The notes beneath the pieces are model-generated. The model made no database searches. It saw only the letters and a program-made list of their open reading frames with translations, and had not been told where the DNA came from. Position numbers and translations under genes: made by a program. Positions 63,216 through 64,000 of a stretch of 64,000 bases of DNA are shown piece by piece. Numbering within the stretch: the stretch's first letter is position 1; each line of letters starts with the position of its first letter. The stretch covers positions 864,001 to 928,000 of the forward strand of contig CAVVJT010000010.1 of assembly GCA_963748625.1 (NCBI GenBank), given 5' to 3'. Source of the DNA: an uncultured Chloroflexia bacterium (lineage in GTDB: Bacteria; Chloroflexota; Limnocylindria; Limnocylindrales; CSP1-4).

Positions 63216-64000
63216 CTACTCCGGCAGCGTGACCCCCTCCTGGAGCTGGCGCTGGACGTCCAGCTCGGCCGCGAGCGCGCCGCGCGCCTTCTCGATGCTG
63301 ATCACGGCCTGGTTGAGTCCCCCCTGCGCCGCGTCGCTCATGATCACGACCAGCGCCCTCGTGTCCCGGGGGAGGCGCGCGCGGGCATCGCTCTCGGCCT
63401 GTGACGCGGCGCGCACCTCGTTGGTCACGACCCCATCGGACGCGAGCATCGTCTCGTACAGCGTGCGCAGCGCGCGGTCATAGGCCGCGTTGAGGTCCAG
63501 CCACTGGACGAGGGTCGTGGTGTCGGTCCGCGCCGCCAGCCGGTCCGCGAGCTCCCGCGCCTCGGCGAGCGTCGCGTCGGGCGCAGCCAGCCCGTCGAGC
63601 GCCTGGCGATAGCGGCCGGCGGCGCCATCCGTGGCGGCTGCGGCGGTCTCCTCGTCGTGGCGGGCGAGCAGGCGACTCAGGCGGACGGCGTCAAGCGCCT
63701 GCCCCGTGAACGTCGCCCAGTCGCCTTCCAGGCCCGTGGCCAGGCCGGCGGCATCGGCGAGCTGCGTGTAGCGATGGCGCAGGTCGGCCGAGACGTAGAG
63801 CTCCCATGCCTCGCCCGTGTGCGGGATGGCCGCGAGTGATCCGTCGAGCCGCCCGGCCAGTGCCCTTGTCTCGAGGAGGATGGCCGTGCCCTCCGAGATC
63901 GTGTCCTGCAGGCCCTGCTCGTCGCCCTCGACGAGCAGGGCAAGCGCCTGGCGAGCGGTGGAGGAGAGCCCGTCGACATGTTCGGCAAGCGCTTCCAGGT
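63216..64000 (-). CDS. Hypothetical alpha-helical protein, 3' part (start outside the window)
   Basis: Own translation gives one open frame with GC3-biased codons from the window edge (..LEALAEHVDGLSS..) to the TAG at 63216. Confidence 0.7.
   Translation of the reverse strand, partial: LEALAEHVDGLSSTARQALALLVEGDEQGLQDTISEGTAILLETRALAGRLDGSLAAIPHTGEAWELYVSADLRHRYTQLADAAGLATGLEGDWATFTGQALDAVRLSRLLARHDEETAAAATDGAAGRYRQALDGLAAPDATLAEARELADRLAARTDTTTLVQWLDLNAAYDRALRTLYETMLASDGVVTNEVRAASQAESDARARLPRDTRALVVIMSDAAQGGLNQAVISIEKARGALAAELDVQRQLQEGVTLPE

Overview
High-GC bacterial chromosomal window with about 54 coding regions. Gene content and style are suggestive of Chloroflexota or Actinobacteria, but that is inference only. 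I found no tRNA, rRNA, CRISPR array, transposase or prophage gene. Main blocks: (1) 1-9.2 kb, a sugar-acid cluster: GH88-like hydrolase divergent from kdgK-eda-aldehyde dehydrogenase-CoA transferase-enoyl-CoA hydratase-sugar ABC transporter. (2) 9-14 kb, MFS, an internally deleted L-serine dehydratase, chrA and an S1 protease. (3) 14.2-29 kb, the most unusual part: a candidate GntR regulon. A minus-strand operon encodes a phosphohistidine-domain enzyme lacking its ATP-grasp domain, GntR, an HPr-kinase-like P-loop protein, a three-subunit xanthine-oxidase-family molybdoenzyme, and a PPDK-like protein whose pyruvate domain is replaced by a wHTH/helical domain. A plus-strand SDR + metallo-beta-lactamase-fold pair 14 kb away shares an identical 12-bp operator-like site (TCGATAATCGAT). 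(4) 29-53 kb, mostly housekeeping genes (tal, FAD/FeS oxidoreductase, pirin, pgm, MalK-type ATPase, NUDIX, NAPRTase, tandem HEXXH peptidases, glgC, M23). (5) 53-64 kb, betaine ABC transporter, DUF1638-like protein, betA, prepilin peptidase and pepA. Single-base frameshifts accumulate after about 34 kb and most likely reflect sequencing error. All family calls come from motifs read by eye; no database searches were run.
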